Shown piece by piece: positions 10,001 through 19,900 of a stretch of DNA of 48,296 nucleotides (position 1 is its first letter; every line of letters starts with the position of its first letter). The translations under genes were made by a program, and so were the position numbers. Under the pieces are notes generated by a model. The model was not told the DNA's origin and did not search any database. It saw nothing but the letters and a program-made list of their open reading frames with translations. This stretch comes from a virus (Duplodnaviria > Caudoviricetes), in IMG/VR virus record IMGVR_UViG_3300030708_000704, positions 1 through 48,296 of that record, one strand, 5' to 3'.

Positions 10001-13000
10001 AACACTAGATGGTGTTATTCAAGAACCAAAAGTTTCCTATACTATTTCTGGTAATCAAATTACTTTTGCAGCACCTCCACTAGGAGCAGATGTTGTTGAG
10101 GGTCAAGATGTACCTGCACAGAAAGTTGTAATCAGAAATGTAGAATTTAAAGATAATGTATATAATGAGAAGCATTTCAGAAAAATCAGAAACTTCTATC
10201 AGAGAGAAGGAACCTGGATTGATGCTGCCAACCAAATTGATTTGAATACTGACTTTATGGTTGCTGAAACTATCGGTTGGTTTGAAAACAAGTATGGTTA
10301 TCAAATTACCGATGGCACTATTCCATGGACTGCAATTGAACAAAAGTTCACTGCAGATATGAGAAGATATTGTGATGCTCTACAACATGACTTGAGATTT
10401 GGTGGTAATATCAAATCTAAAGAATATGCAGACTTGTTTGCTACAAAGTATAGCAGACAGAACATTCAATTTAACGATGCTTTACAGTATCTTGTAAGAC
10501 TATCAAAACTAGCAACTAGAAATTGGGATTGGGTTGCTGTTGATGCATCTTATACCGCTGGTAGTAATGTCATTACAGTTCAAACTACAGATAGCATTCC
10601 ACTTGGTGCTTATGTAAGTTCTGGTGGTGCATTTCCATCCGATGCTGGTATTAGAGTAACAGAAATTATTAGTGATACTCAGGTAAGAGTTTCTGCTCAG
10701 GCATTAGCATCTAGTGCTACTCCACCTGCAGGTGCTGCTGGTCCTGGTATCACTTATCTGAATGGAACTCAATCTGGTTCACAAATACTACCAACAGCAA
10801 CTGGTGCTGTCACACCTCCAAACTCCTATAACATTCCACCTGGATCTACCTTAACCATTCCACCTATCTTTAGTGGTCTTAATCAGGTAACATTCTCCTT
10901 TAGTGGAATTAACAATGGAACATATTACGATGCATCAAATTTAATCGATAAAAACAAAGATTATATTGTCGATTATGTTACTGGATGGGCTGCTGTAAAT
11001 TACCCATCCTATACTGTCTTCCCTGGAAGTCTTAATCGCGTTTTAGACAGCATTGTTTTCCATCTTCGTTTCGGTGGTAATCAAAAACTAGTAGAGTATG
11101 CAGAAAGTATATTTGATACTGCAACATTCTTTGCTGCTGCTCAAGCAGAATTAATTCTGACTGATCTGTGTGTCAAGGCAATGCGTCAAACCTTGCCTGG
11201 AACAACACCTTTCACAAATCTTGTGCCATTTACAGATTCTGAAGTTATTACTGATGCTCAAACTCCACTATGTGCAGAAGTAGAATCTACGCTGAATACT
11301 TATTGGGAAATTGTAGAAGAAATTCTTGAAATTGGTCCTAATGTTATTGATCCTACTCAAGTAAATGCTCCAAAGAATGGTTACTATGCCACTAATCTAA
11401 GTGTCTACACCAACTATAATATTCTACCAGATCCAGAACTCGTCAATAGAGAATGTGAGGATGTAGTTTCTGCACTCACAACTTATGCTAGCATCATGCA
11501 AGATGCAATGCTTGACGGTTTAGAAGCAACTGCTACTCTACCAGACTTTATTGATGGTGAGACAAAAGACTTTGAATTATATTGGGACGATGATGGTTCT
11601 GCTGTGTCTCTAACTGAGACTGATGAGAATTTGTTAGTTGCTTTGAATGGTGTTATTCAAAGAACGAAACACACAATCGATGAACCAGCATTTGATGCAT
11701 ATTTCATTGATAAGTCGGTTGTACCAAATATCATTAGATTTAGTGCTCCTCCTATTTGGGATCAAGACCTCTCTGCGAGAACTATTGGAGAACCAACTCA
11801 GGTAGAGAAGTTCTTTGCAACTGGTGTTGGTAATCAAAAAAGATATACAATTGACGATGCTAATATTGATGGAGAAACAACTGGTCCACACCAGATTGTA
11901 AGTATTGCAGAAGATACTATTCTCAACATCGATGACGAGAGATTCTTGCTTGTTATTTTGAATGGCGTCATTCAAAAGAGGGGATTGTCTGATGGTGGTG
12001 CTTACGATATTATTGGTTCTACCATTAACTTTGCAACTCCAATTGTTGCAGAAGATGTTGTTGACATTCGTCTTTTCTATGGTAGAGATATTGAACCAAC
12101 CGTAACAATCCATAACTACGACATTAACGGATATCTCTATCCAAAAGAACTGACAGTAACTGGAACTAATGCTGGTTCTCTGTTTAATAACTTTGTTGTT
12201 ACTAGCGATTATGCGTTAACAACTTATGAAAACTTCTATTTCTATCAACAGGACTCAAATGGAGTTTATCCATTAGGTAAAGCATATGACTGGAGAATTG
12301 TAGGATCAAACACTTTAAAAGTTAAGTTATTTACCAATAACATTGACTTTGATGCTAACAGAGACTTATATGCAAGAACTTTAGGTGCATATGAGACTGT
12401 CGAATATTCATTCGGTCCAACTGTCACTGTCAGTATTGCATCTCTAGACAGTCAATTAGTAAAAACTGAAAGATCTTACTTCAATGGTGATGTAAGAAAA
12501 TCAAATGATCTACTACAAAGAAAAGGATTCTTTAGTCTAAATCCTGGCGACAAGATTAAAGTTGACGGTGAAGCAGACTACAGAACTATTAAGTCTTCTC
12601 CTGGAAAAGCAAATTCTAAAGATTTCAGAGTAGGTTCTGATGGTGCAAACTCTATCTACGGTTCTTTTGGAATTACAAGATATAATGGCACTACTTTTGG
12701 CGAAGGTCTTAGCATCCAAGCAGAAATTGAAAATGGTTCTGTTACAAAACTCATTTGGAATGAAAGACAAGTAAGAGAAGAAGTTCAAAATATTTCATCT
12801 CATACTATTACAGATGCATCTTATGATCCAGTAACAGGAGTTTTTGTAGGAACTATTCCAAATCATGGTTTTTCTGCACAGCAGTATGTAAGATTTAAGA
12901 ATAATTCTGTAGTGTTCACTTGTGCATTAGACAACGATGCTACTGAACATAGTTATCCCAGAGCAGGACAAGATCCATATGCAGATAAGTGGATTCTTAT

Positions 13001-15026
13001 TGACTCCGTAACTACAAATACATTTACAATTAATGTCGGAACATCTTCCGATACTAGTGCTCATACATTCGTTACATCTACTCCTGGTGGACTACTAAGA
13101 GGAACTGACATTTTCTATAGATTCTATAGACCCACAGCATTTAATTACTATATTCCACCAAATATCGAGTTCATTCCTAAGAACTCAAATGGTGGTGGTG
13201 CAAGAGCACGAGTTGTTACCGTCAAGGGTGAAATTATTGGTGTAGAATTGGTATCTGGTGGATCTGGATATACAGAAGCACCTATAGTTGTAGCAACACG
13301 CAAGTATAACATTATTAAGCAAGATGATATCAAGGTATCTCTTGTAAAACTTAATGTTCAGTCTGTTGTAAGTCAGTCACTCACAATTAGTTCTCAAATT
13401 AGTGCAATTGAACTACCACCACCAGAGCAAGCACTTATCTCTACTATTTCTCTGGTATCTCCTGCTAACTCCTCTGATATTCTTGAGATTGATATTACAC
13501 CAGAACCTCTTACTGGAGAGGAAGCTGGTGGATCGATCCCAGGTGGTCAGTCACAACCTGGCATGGGTAATATCGTATACATCGAACCAGATCCTATCCC
13601 AGATCCTGTTGTAATTGATGGAAGCGGAGGTATTTTAAGAATACAAGAAGCAGACAGAGAAGTTTCTAGAATTGTATCTGTAAGAGCAGAAGATATTGTA
13701 ACATTTAGTGCTCTACAGACTAGTAGAGTTGCAACAGCAATTGTACAAGTTGAGGTTGATAACTCTAGAATTACAACAACCAATTCTTCTACTGCTCCTG
13801 GTGGATATCTACAAGCACCTCTTTCTATTGGTGATGAGATTGTCTACATCAGCAATACTGGTAGATTCTCCAGTAATGGAAAACTACTTATCGGTAACGA
13901 AGTTGTTCGTTATCTCAGAAAAGGAGAGGATAGATTCCTCAGTGTCACAAGAGGTATTGACAACACAATTGAGCAAAACTGGAATGCAGGAACATTTATT
14001 CGTGAAATCGATGATTATGTAAGCGTTGCATTCGGTGGTGTTCAGTCCTTCGTCAGTGAAACCAGTGTTCTATCTGGTGTTACTGAAGGTAGATCTGAGA
14101 GACTATCGCAATATCAAGTTGATGGTGCTGTAGTTGCTTCTTCTTCTACCGTATCTCTACAGAAGACACAAGTTCTTCAACTTGAAAGAGATATCATTTC
14201 TATCTCTGATGTCAAATTTGACAGAAGAAGACAGACATCTTCTGAGAGTGCAGATGCGAACACAATCCAGTCTACAACTACTGTTGCTCTAAGTCAAGTA
14301 CAAGTAGAAACTTCTTCTGTAATTCTTGGCAGTGCATTGAGAGAACTGACATTCTTTGCACCTCCTGGTGGTGTTGTAGATTACTTCCAAGAGACAATCT
14401 TCTTTACTAATCCTATCACAACTAGATTGAATGGTGATGTCACTCTAGTAACTAGAAATGTTACTCAAAGAGATGGAACTGTCATTGAGATTAGGAATAT
14501 TCAAGAAGAAGAGCAAGCAGATTATATTGGAAATTACACTATTGGTAACCTAGGTGCAAACATTAATAGTTGGAATTATGTTTCTAAAGACGAAGGTACA
14601 ATCCCTTCCAGTGGAGTAAGTCTCGCAGAATTTGGAAGACTTTTTGCTAGTATAACTTTACGAGATTTTGAATTGAGAGGAGATTCTAACTATACTTTGG
14701 CAGGTGACAAGTTTAATCTTGGCATTCCAACCTTCAATAACCCAGTTGCAATTTATCGTCAAACGACAGATAATTTTGGAACACATGGATATCTAGATTT
14801 TGCTCCTATTCAAGGACCACTGACAATTGAGGTTTACAGTAATATTTCCTACTTCCCTAATACTGGTTATCTATTATTCGTGGGTCCTTCTAATACATAT
14901 TCCATCTGTCAGTATGGATCTAAAGATAATAATGCCAAGACATTTACCAATATCACATATGTGAGAGGTAATGCCGTAACACTCCCACCAGACACCACTA
15001 CTGTAATCCCATATTCAATTAACTAA
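4035..15026 (+). CDS. gp7: Giant baseplate wedge initiator (gp7-like), multidomain
   Basis: Lies between gp6 and gp8. Has QLPEFI...IKNIGQFYRSKGT...FLF and ITDSFFYQDYSYVVKS...HPAGFKLFG, plus a YHYH-like segment (HSPILGFAYDGNPIYGPFGY...LDENNGRYCVTPDFPEGTYAYF, about 6291-6630) and many beta-repeat modules. Confidence 0.85.
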   Translation: MAVTKRSISTLIETQLPEFINTEYELFGNFLTRYYESLEIQGGPLDIANNLDVYTNIDYYESNLLKQSTTLNGNHSASETTLVVDDATSFPEENGYIKIGSEICFYKTRTANSFVDVRRGVSGNTKLGDLYYSTEYSTSQASTHSGGELVQNISNLFLYALVKNFEEQYLASFPEKYLKNAVDKRTLIKNIGQFYRSKGTEQSIQFLFNTVVEGGVENRPTVYNPSDFTYKSSNSDWTQGYALRVKVLSGDVTSLVGKVITQEASDTYGFASATVDNVRFDSQVDDEDTYNLFLATETLNGTFEITTKTELTQQISSAAVPGDRVNVVSTLGWKNNGSLLIGGETFTFADKNVTQFTIETRTQATTHAVGTPVYDPIVIGNSDVTMLVFGLVYNLTPTNPQPNASVGDRIEVSNPGFETQDSRIVSSTGLRWRLSPTNARPTSPTNPTYTSGLSNLSTDVSAIFADDQFYYIASSGYPSYTILDNVTSIPGPLADQKILKLIRKESINTTEIYKTPTNDFGIFVNGVRAYGYKDTEEVNFGRLEEIKVLSQGVNYRNAPYVLINGVSGRAIAKLAGQFVESIEILEEGLYGKIPTVELTSGRGASVRATVTGGQVTDLQIDNGGEYYSTPPSVIIRDKAGQGRLAEWTAEVTNGVVTGFTQINGGAFYTQENVEVVIAPIGANAKAEAKITTWTKDRIKNLGSSLDDNNGYVFLNRNNALEYGYAHIANPKSLRVALNDNLDALGQEPATKTHSPILGFAYDGNPIYGPFGYTDPLDSSGSVSRMTSSYGLRTARQFGPTADQYALGTFVQDYEYRHKSGTLDENNGRYCVTPDFPEGTYAYFLTIEEDQTPVFPYIIGENFYSLPVDSNYNTNLNQTNISRNVQRLFTPGLPSNGGGFNGEVQDLESGSIDSVEVVESTSTFSVGSELLFDNSGTEGSDVEATVSSVNGQTVSRLDSFETKAVKLTITLPSYVFENDTLRQPGSGAYGTIVGTIRNDNTILVTDVHGKFNNSAAFATDIKVLRLTLDKPSSYAQGSVLSLTDGVVTVSATGEVLESVSEGNTVLVKVLSGTFQDQDTLDSFLKSDNLSDTSGSKIDDIDYLSDGLIPFDIDDNIALVTTSEDHNLGIGDIVNVSVNPDDNTKTVTYYVRKRIYQEVELRTPVYDTTVDYSGIGRLLIFNAGLLYPVGTYTNVEVTGGSGENATVTVVVSPLNSGDATGYVSSVQIQNGGTGYKRGDVLSIADADLNRVSGSSTQVVKFYVDHVGVSTVATTIDVVSAADYANNDLLLIDDEIVKIISIVNNQVGNDTLTVERAQEGTTAVDHYDGAPVSIYKPGYNLSSTYSVNGSETIIYDRDQQKLLVIYPSTQTLGALQPITTQTSFFDESTPRKFVTVVNATTPENRFEFKLDPSLSIFSTDAPNNFVSEWTVNPIIQVQEAYRYVFDTSDASLTGSHLDFSPSGNFNLISIEKKESTVAQGNAGSFVDMKFGFGSRFSTNTYTERQQSNFSNFFYFDRNGSISSNGSYLRIVRDPLAGRNTVNFVSPRSFSYSLSAEPQWDGSGTISYTTTGQFAVGSIDAVSVQNIGANYKKVPIVLGVYPNTKKTATATVDFDSTFKTITGVTVTNTGSDYVNPKVIILDGDGKNAEFKITSRDGKVLDIVVVSPGTGYTKAPTIAIVESSIKLFAQGSRVGLPKNIKIIKNGSSFHNDKTILPEYTGSYVLVVKGYTGNFLRGENVSQTVNGQEVFSAVVREWRDGSNLLKLSNIKGKLRNGVSLQSKISKQSVTFHRTFVTPFTIDLKPYADNTGRFTSDKGRIGNANQRITDSFFYQDYSYVVKSRSSIDSWRELVKETTHPAGFKLFGEVIIDPKIEAPNGIEMPEALPKADHFSIIELWDPQKNKITVESTKRTLTQTIISTEDYRSIRGSGSVDVNEFDLQTLRARELSLVQNANDPSPFDGTFNADGQLVGTKTFTLYNGGTPYSPYSTENVIVTLDGVIQEPKVSYTISGNQITFAAPPLGADVVEGQDVPAQKVVIRNVEFKDNVYNEKHFRKIRNFYQREGTWIDAANQIDLNTDFMVAETIGWFENKYGYQITDGTIPWTAIEQKFTADMRRYCDALQHDLRFGGNIKSKEYADLFATKYSRQNIQFNDALQYLVRLSKLATRNWDWVAVDASYTAGSNVITVQTTDSIPLGAYVSSGGAFPSDAGIRVTEIISDTQVRVSAQALASSATPPAGAAGPGITYLNGTQSGSQILPTATGAVTPPNSYNIPPGSTLTIPPIFSGLNQVTFSFSGINNGTYYDASNLIDKNKDYIVDYVTGWAAVNYPSYTVFPGSLNRVLDSIVFHLRFGGNQKLVEYAESIFDTATFFAAAQAELILTDLCVKAMRQTLPGTTPFTNLVPFTDSEVITDAQTPLCAEVESTLNTYWEIVEEILEIGPNVIDPTQVNAPKNGYYATNLSVYTNYNILPDPELVNRECEDVVSALTTYASIMQDAMLDGLEATATLPDFIDGETKDFELYWDDDGSAVSLTETDENLLVALNGVIQRTKHTIDEPAFDAYFIDKSVVPNIIRFSAPPIWDQDLSARTIGEPTQVEKFFATGVGNQKRYTIDDANIDGETTGPHQIVSIAEDTILNIDDERFLLVILNGVIQKRGLSDGGAYDIIGSTINFATPIVAEDVVDIRLFYGRDIEPTVTIHNYDINGYLYPKELTVTGTNAGSLFNNFVVTSDYALTTYENFYFYQQDSNGVYPLGKAYDWRIVGSNTLKVKLFTNNIDFDANRDLYARTLGAYETVEYSFGPTVTVSIASLDSQLVKTERSYFNGDVRKSNDLLQRKGFFSLNPGDKIKVDGEADYRTIKSSPGKANSKDFRVGSDGANSIYGSFGITRYNGTTFGEGLSIQAEIENGSVTKLIWNERQVREEVQNISSHTITDASYDPVTGVFVGTIPNHGFSAQQYVRFKNNSVVFTCALDNDATEHSYPRAGQDPYADKWILIDSVTTNTFTINVGTSSDTSAHTFVTSTPGGLLRGTDIFYRFYRPTAFNYYIPPNIEFIPKNSNGGGARARVVTVKGEIIGVELVSGGSGYTEAPIVVATRKYNIIKQDDIKVSLVKLNVQSVVSQSLTISSQISAIELPPPEQALISTISLVSPANSSDILEIDITPEPLTGEEAGGSIPGGQSQPGMGNIVYIEPDPIPDPVVIDGSGGILRIQEADREVSRIVSVRAEDIVTFSALQTSRVATAIVQVEVDNSRITTTNSSTAPGGYLQAPLSIGDEIVYISNTGRFSSNGKLLIGNEVVRYLRKGEDRFLSVTRGIDNTIEQNWNAGTFIREIDDYVSVAFGGVQSFVSETSVLSGVTEGRSERLSQYQVDGAVVASSSTVSLQKTQVLQLERDIISISDVKFDRRRQTSSESADANTIQSTTTVALSQVQVETSSVILGSALRELTFFAPPGGVVDYFQETIFFTNPITTRLNGDVTLVTRNVTQRDGTVIEIRNIQEEEQADYIGNYTIGNLGANINSWNYVSKDEGTIPSSGVSLAEFGRLFASITLRDFELRGDSNYTLAGDKFNLGIPTFNNPVAIYRQTTDNFGTHGYLDFAPIQGPLTIEVYSNISYFPNTGYLLFVGPSNTYSICQYGSKDNNAKTFTNITYVRGNAVTLPPDTTTVIPYSIN

Positions 15027-15039
15027 ATAACTGCATAAA

Positions 15040-15047
15040 TATAAATA
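15040..15047 (+). promoter_or_regulatory. T4-like late promoter TATAAATA upstream of gp8
   Basis: Perfect consensus, with overlapping CATAAATA (15034-15041) and CTAAATA (15023-15029). Confidence 0.8.
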
Positions 15048-15081
15048 ACTTTGGCACAATACACGTCGGAAAAAGAAACCA

Positions 15082-16890
15082 ATGGCTGCTATCATCTCTG
15101 ATAAATTTAGAATTTTTAATGCGAAGCAATTCCTGGAATCGCTTAGTGAAGGCGCAAGCGATGCTAGCGCCGACCGCACACGACTCTACTTCTTCGTAGG
15201 TCGTCCTCAAGCATGGAATGTCTATGTCGAAATCATTCCTACTACGACTGGAACTCTAACAGTCGGTAACGAACTCTATGCTGGTGCTAACTATGGCGCT
15301 GCAACATGGAGAGGAACAATCGAAGCGGTTTACTCCAACTCCGTTCTATTGAGCGGAATCTTTGGATCAAACGGAACTGCTTCTGCCCCTGCTCTAGGTG
15401 CCACTCTAAGTGAGTGGGACGGCACTGCAAATACTGGTGTTGCTGTTCAATCTGGTGTATATCGCTACGCTACAGAAGATGCACCTCCACTTCCTCTAGA
15501 CAACCAAACAGAAAAGTATTCTGTATACGACGATATTATTGCTGCCAAGAGAGTTACTTCCGCAAATGCTCGTGCTGTTGTCCGTCGCTATAACTGGGAC
15601 ACAGTTGCTAACCCTAAGTTCGACATGTGGAAACCTGACTATTCTGCTACCCCAGGTGGCGGTGGTCAAGTAGGTAAGCAAACCGCTCTAGGTTTTGATT
15701 CTATTGGAGATGCTAAGTTCTATGTAATGAACTCCAACTATGAGGTATTTAAGTGCCTCTACAATGGACAAAACATCGCAAACCCATCGGGACAAAACGC
15801 TACTGAAGAACCTAGCACATCTGCTGCTGGTTATGCAAGTTCTACTGGAATCTTTACCGAAGGATCTGGTGCTGGTTACATCTGGAAGTACATGTTCACA
15901 CTTCCTACTGACGATGTTCTGAAGTTCCTTTCTTCGGACTTCATGCCAATCACTCTACCAACTGAGACAACTAGAACTGCTACTGCTGGTCTTGCTGTTG
16001 CAGGTGCTATCGATGTTGCTCTAGTAGAAAATGCTGGAACAAACCTCCCTGCTTCCCAGACTCTATTCACAGCAATCAAGGGTGATGGAACAGGCGGTGT
16101 TCTTCAAATTAACACCACTGCAGGTGGTGCAATCGATACTGTATCTGTTGCAGTTCGTGGATCTGGTTACACTTACGCTAATGTTAGCGTAGCAAACGGT
16201 AATCTATTCAGTGATCAAGGTCTAACTTCCGCAGTTGCTTCCACTAACGCACTTGCTGGAATTGAAGTTGTTCTTCCTCCTAAGGGTGGTCATGGTGCTG
16301 ATGCTGACCTAGAACTTAATGCAAAGCGTGTTATGACGAACATTCGTCTAACCTACGCTGAAGGTTCTGGAGACTTCCCTGTAGATAACGACTTCCGTAG
16401 AATCGGTCTAGTAACTGATCCATATGATTATGGAACTACTACTGAGGCAACCGCATCTACTCTAAACGGTCTATTTGCTGTTAAGATCACTGGAACAACT
16501 GCTGATTACATTGCTGACGAATTAATCACTCAAACTCGTGCTGATGGTAACATCGCAAAAGGAACTGTTGTATCCTGGACACTAGATAACGGATCTACCA
16601 CTGATGGTATCCTCAAGTATTATCAGTCTCCTGATCAACACCTCCATGATGGTCAAGTATATCCATTTGAAGCAAACGGTGCTGTAGATGTTACTGGTGC
16701 TGCTTCTGCTGCTGATGGTAATGTAGATACTACAAACAACGGTACTCTAGAAGGCATTACACTAACCAATGGACTTGGTACTCCAGAAATTGCTAATAAT
16801 TCTGGTGACATTATTTACATTGAAAACCGTCGTCTAATTACTCGTGCTCCTGACCAGATTGAAGATATCAAACTTGTCATCGAATTCTGA
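15082..16890 (+). CDS. gp8: Baseplate wedge protein gp8
   Basis: MAAIISDKFRIFNA, LYFFVGRPQAW, FYVMNSNYEVFKCLYN, GYIWKYMF, NDFRRIGLV and SGDIIYIENR...QIEDIKLVIEF. Confidence 0.92.
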   Translation: MAAIISDKFRIFNAKQFLESLSEGASDASADRTRLYFFVGRPQAWNVYVEIIPTTTGTLTVGNELYAGANYGAATWRGTIEAVYSNSVLLSGIFGSNGTASAPALGATLSEWDGTANTGVAVQSGVYRYATEDAPPLPLDNQTEKYSVYDDIIAAKRVTSANARAVVRRYNWDTVANPKFDMWKPDYSATPGGGGQVGKQTALGFDSIGDAKFYVMNSNYEVFKCLYNGQNIANPSGQNATEEPSTSAAGYASSTGIFTEGSGAGYIWKYMFTLPTDDVLKFLSSDFMPITLPTETTRTATAGLAVAGAIDVALVENAGTNLPASQTLFTAIKGDGTGGVLQINTTAGGAIDTVSVAVRGSGYTYANVSVANGNLFSDQGLTSAVASTNALAGIEVVLPPKGGHGADADLELNAKRVMTNIRLTYAEGSGDFPVDNDFRRIGLVTDPYDYGTTTEATASTLNGLFAVKITGTTADYIADELITQTRADGNIAKGTVVSWTLDNGSTTDGILKYYQSPDQHLHDGQVYPFEANGAVDVTGAASAADGNVDTTNNGTLEGITLTNGLGTPEIANNSGDIIYIENRRLITRAPDQIEDIKLVIEF

Positions 16891-16910
16891 TTTAAATACA
16901 TATCTAAAAG

Positions 16911-16938
16911 TCCCCCGAGAGATCGGGGGATTTTTTTT
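16911..16938 (+). terminator. Rho-independent terminator after gp8
   Basis: Perfect 8-bp stem TCCCCCGA-gaga-TCGGGGGA followed by T8. Confidence 0.92.
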
Positions 16939-16943
16939 AACTC

Positions 16944-16951
16944 TATAAATA
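16944..16951 (+). promoter_or_regulatory. T4-like late promoter TATAAATA
   Basis: Perfect consensus immediately after the terminator; a GGAG ribosome-binding site precedes the ATG at 16986. Confidence 0.85.
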
Positions 16952-16985
16952 CTAGGGACTAGATACTAGTATTCGGCGGAGTACG

Positions 16986-19900
16986 ATGCCACAAAAGACG
17001 AACCTAAATGTAAATCCTTATTATGAGGACTTTGACGCGAGTAAGAATTTTTATAAGATTCTATTCCGTCCTGGATACTCTATCCAAGGAAGAGAACTAA
17101 CCCAAGTTCAATCAATCTTACAGAACCAAATTGAAAGTTTCGGTAAAAATACTTTCAAGCAAGGTGAGTTGGTTGTTCCTGGTGAGGTTGGTCTTAATAA
17201 TAGATTAGACTATGTAAAACTATCCTCTGTTTCCGAAGTAGCGGTAAATGAGGATGGTTCTATTGTATTCAGAAAGTATGACATTTCTCAGATTGTCGGA
17301 AGACAATTGAGAGGTTTAACTTCTGGTGTTCTTGCTAACTTAGTAGCAGTACAAAAGTCAACAGAAACTAGCGCAGATACTCTGTTTGTCAATTACCTGT
17401 CTAGTGGCAATGCAGGTAATGAAAATACTTTCAGACAGGGTGAGACTCTAGAAGTTGTAAATGGTGTCAATACTCCGTTATTGGTAGTTGGAACTGATGG
17501 AAGTGTCCTACCAACTACTGTTACTGTAGTCGATCCAGATACACAAGCAGAAACTGTCTTATCGAGTCCAGCAATGGGATTTGCTTCTGCCGTCAAGGTA
17601 GAAGAAGGTGTATATTTTGTTAATGGTTACTTTGTAAGAAATGATGAAGAACTATTCGTCATTGATCCATATTACAATGCACCATCCGCAAAGATTGGAT
17701 TTAAGATTGAAGAGAAGATTGTAACTCCAGAAGAAGATCCAACTCTATATGATAATGCAGCAGGTTCTTCTAATTTCTCTGCTCCTGGTGCTCACAGACT
17801 CAATATCTCTCTAACACTAGAGAAATATAGTTTAGAAGAAACTACTGATAAGAACTTCATTAAGATTCTTACCGTCAAGAGCGGTGTAATTCAAAAACAA
17901 ATTAAACCAGTAGAGTATTCTCTGATTGAAAATACTCTAGCCAAGAGAACTTATGATGAGTCTGGCGATTATGTTGTAGATCGCTTTGACACAGAAGTAA
18001 GAGAGTATTATCAAAAAGATGGCAACAACGGAATTTATGCTGCCGATGATAACAATCTTGTAAATGGACTAAGCATCCAAGACGCATCTCAAAAGATGGT
18101 TGTTGATGTTGGTCCTGGTAAAGCATACATCAAAGGATATGAGATTGTCAATAAAGAGACAAAGAGTATTGTAATTAATAAAGCAAGAGAGACTGTAGAC
18201 GCTGAAAACATTACTCTCAAAACTTCTGGTCTACCTACTTATCCAATTACTAATGTATTTGGATCCGTTCCATTCAACGCAGACGGTGCTGATCTAACAG
18301 CATATCCAGATCTGAATCTATACAGAACATATAATGATGGAACTATCGGACAAAATATTGACTTTACTGGTGCTTCTGTAGCAGATCCTACTAGAACTGG
18401 TGTAGAAACCAAGTCTACTGTTAATAGAAGAGGAACTCTTTTCACAGATGGTCAAGCAATTAAGACTATTACTGTTGATATTACAAAGAGTAACTTAATT
18501 GACAAAATTAATACTACTAACAATCTAGCATTCTCTGATTGTTGTGATTCTAATGGCAATCTTCATGTAGTATTCACTTATGATGGTGGATCTCCAGAAA
18601 CATTCAAAACATTTAAACTAATTGGTTTCTCTGTTAAGTATAGACCTGATATCTTAGCAGCAAAAAGATATGCTGAACTAACTGTTCTTGGAAACAAGGA
18701 TGAAGTAATTGGTTTACTTAAAGAATATGACGAGGTTGATGGAGCACAAACCAGAAAACTATATCTAAGTACAGATACTTCTAATGCAAATCTAGATCCA
18801 GATGAAGTTCTTGGATATGTTGTTGATTATAGTGAGCATGTTACACCTTTGATTGGTGTAGCAAAACCATCTAACTACACATTCAAAGAGAATGGATTTG
18901 GGTTTAATCCAGACACCGATACTGTCATCTCTAAAGGAAAACTATCTGGAGGACAGTCTGCATATAACGCTATCTTTGGACTGGGATACTTTGGTCCTAC
19001 ATTCTATACAAAGATCGTTCTGGACGCTCCTATAGCGACTGGACAGTTCTCTAAGGGTAAGTATATCTTCGGTGTCAATAGCGGCGCTTACGGCGTCATT
19101 GAGGGTGCTACTGGATCTGCTTTCACTACAGGTAATGAGTTGATGGTTACAACTCTATCTGGAAAGTTCCAACCTGGGGAAGTAATTAGAGAAGAGGCAG
19201 ATGCTCAAGGTGGAACAAACTCCGCAAGAATTGCTATCAACAATACGATTTCTCACTTTATTGTTAAGTTTAGAAGTCAAGGTTATGCTCAAGGATCTGG
19301 TATTACCATTAACGGTGTAGCATTTGATACTTCTAAAGTAGATGTAGAGTTGAACATTGATGGTAAGGTTATCTACATCGATATCAAGAACAGAAATGCA
19401 TTCACACAAACATATTCTGAACCACCAAATGTTCTAGTTGATGTTGGTTCTGCTAATGTTACAGCAACTGCAAAGATTGAAGCGGTCCTCTTTAGAGACA
19501 CTGTTACAACTTACACACCTGAAGATGTTAAGTCTTTTGGTTGTGCATTTGGTTCTGGTGGAAGCAATACATTTACTGCTGACATCGAGTCTGCAAAGAG
19601 TCCATATGCAAAACTAACTCCTGTTACTGATTTCACATTTACTGGAACTGAAGGTTATAAGTTCCTTTCCTGCAATGGATTTAATGGTGATACAACCACT
19701 TTCCTTAAAGCAGGTGACTATGTTCAGTTTACTGGTGATGATGGTTTCACAGAGAAAGCAATGGTTCTCTATGCAACCAAACCAGAAGGAACTCTCAAGT
19801 CTAGAATTTACTTAGATACTGTATTGCCTTCTGATGTATCTAATGGTTCCGTTGTTAAAGTTGGTTCCATTATTGAGAACGGAAGCAAAGGTTCTCTAAT

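Noticed and set aside
16891-16898. TTTAAATA just after the gp8 stop
   Set aside because: It lies upstream of the terminator and could only give a tiny transcript. The perfect motif at 16944 explains downstream expression.
16963-16972. 10-bp palindrome ATACTAGTAT upstream of the 2723-aa gene
   Set aside because: Short, AT-rich and single; no second copy was noticed to suggest an operator.
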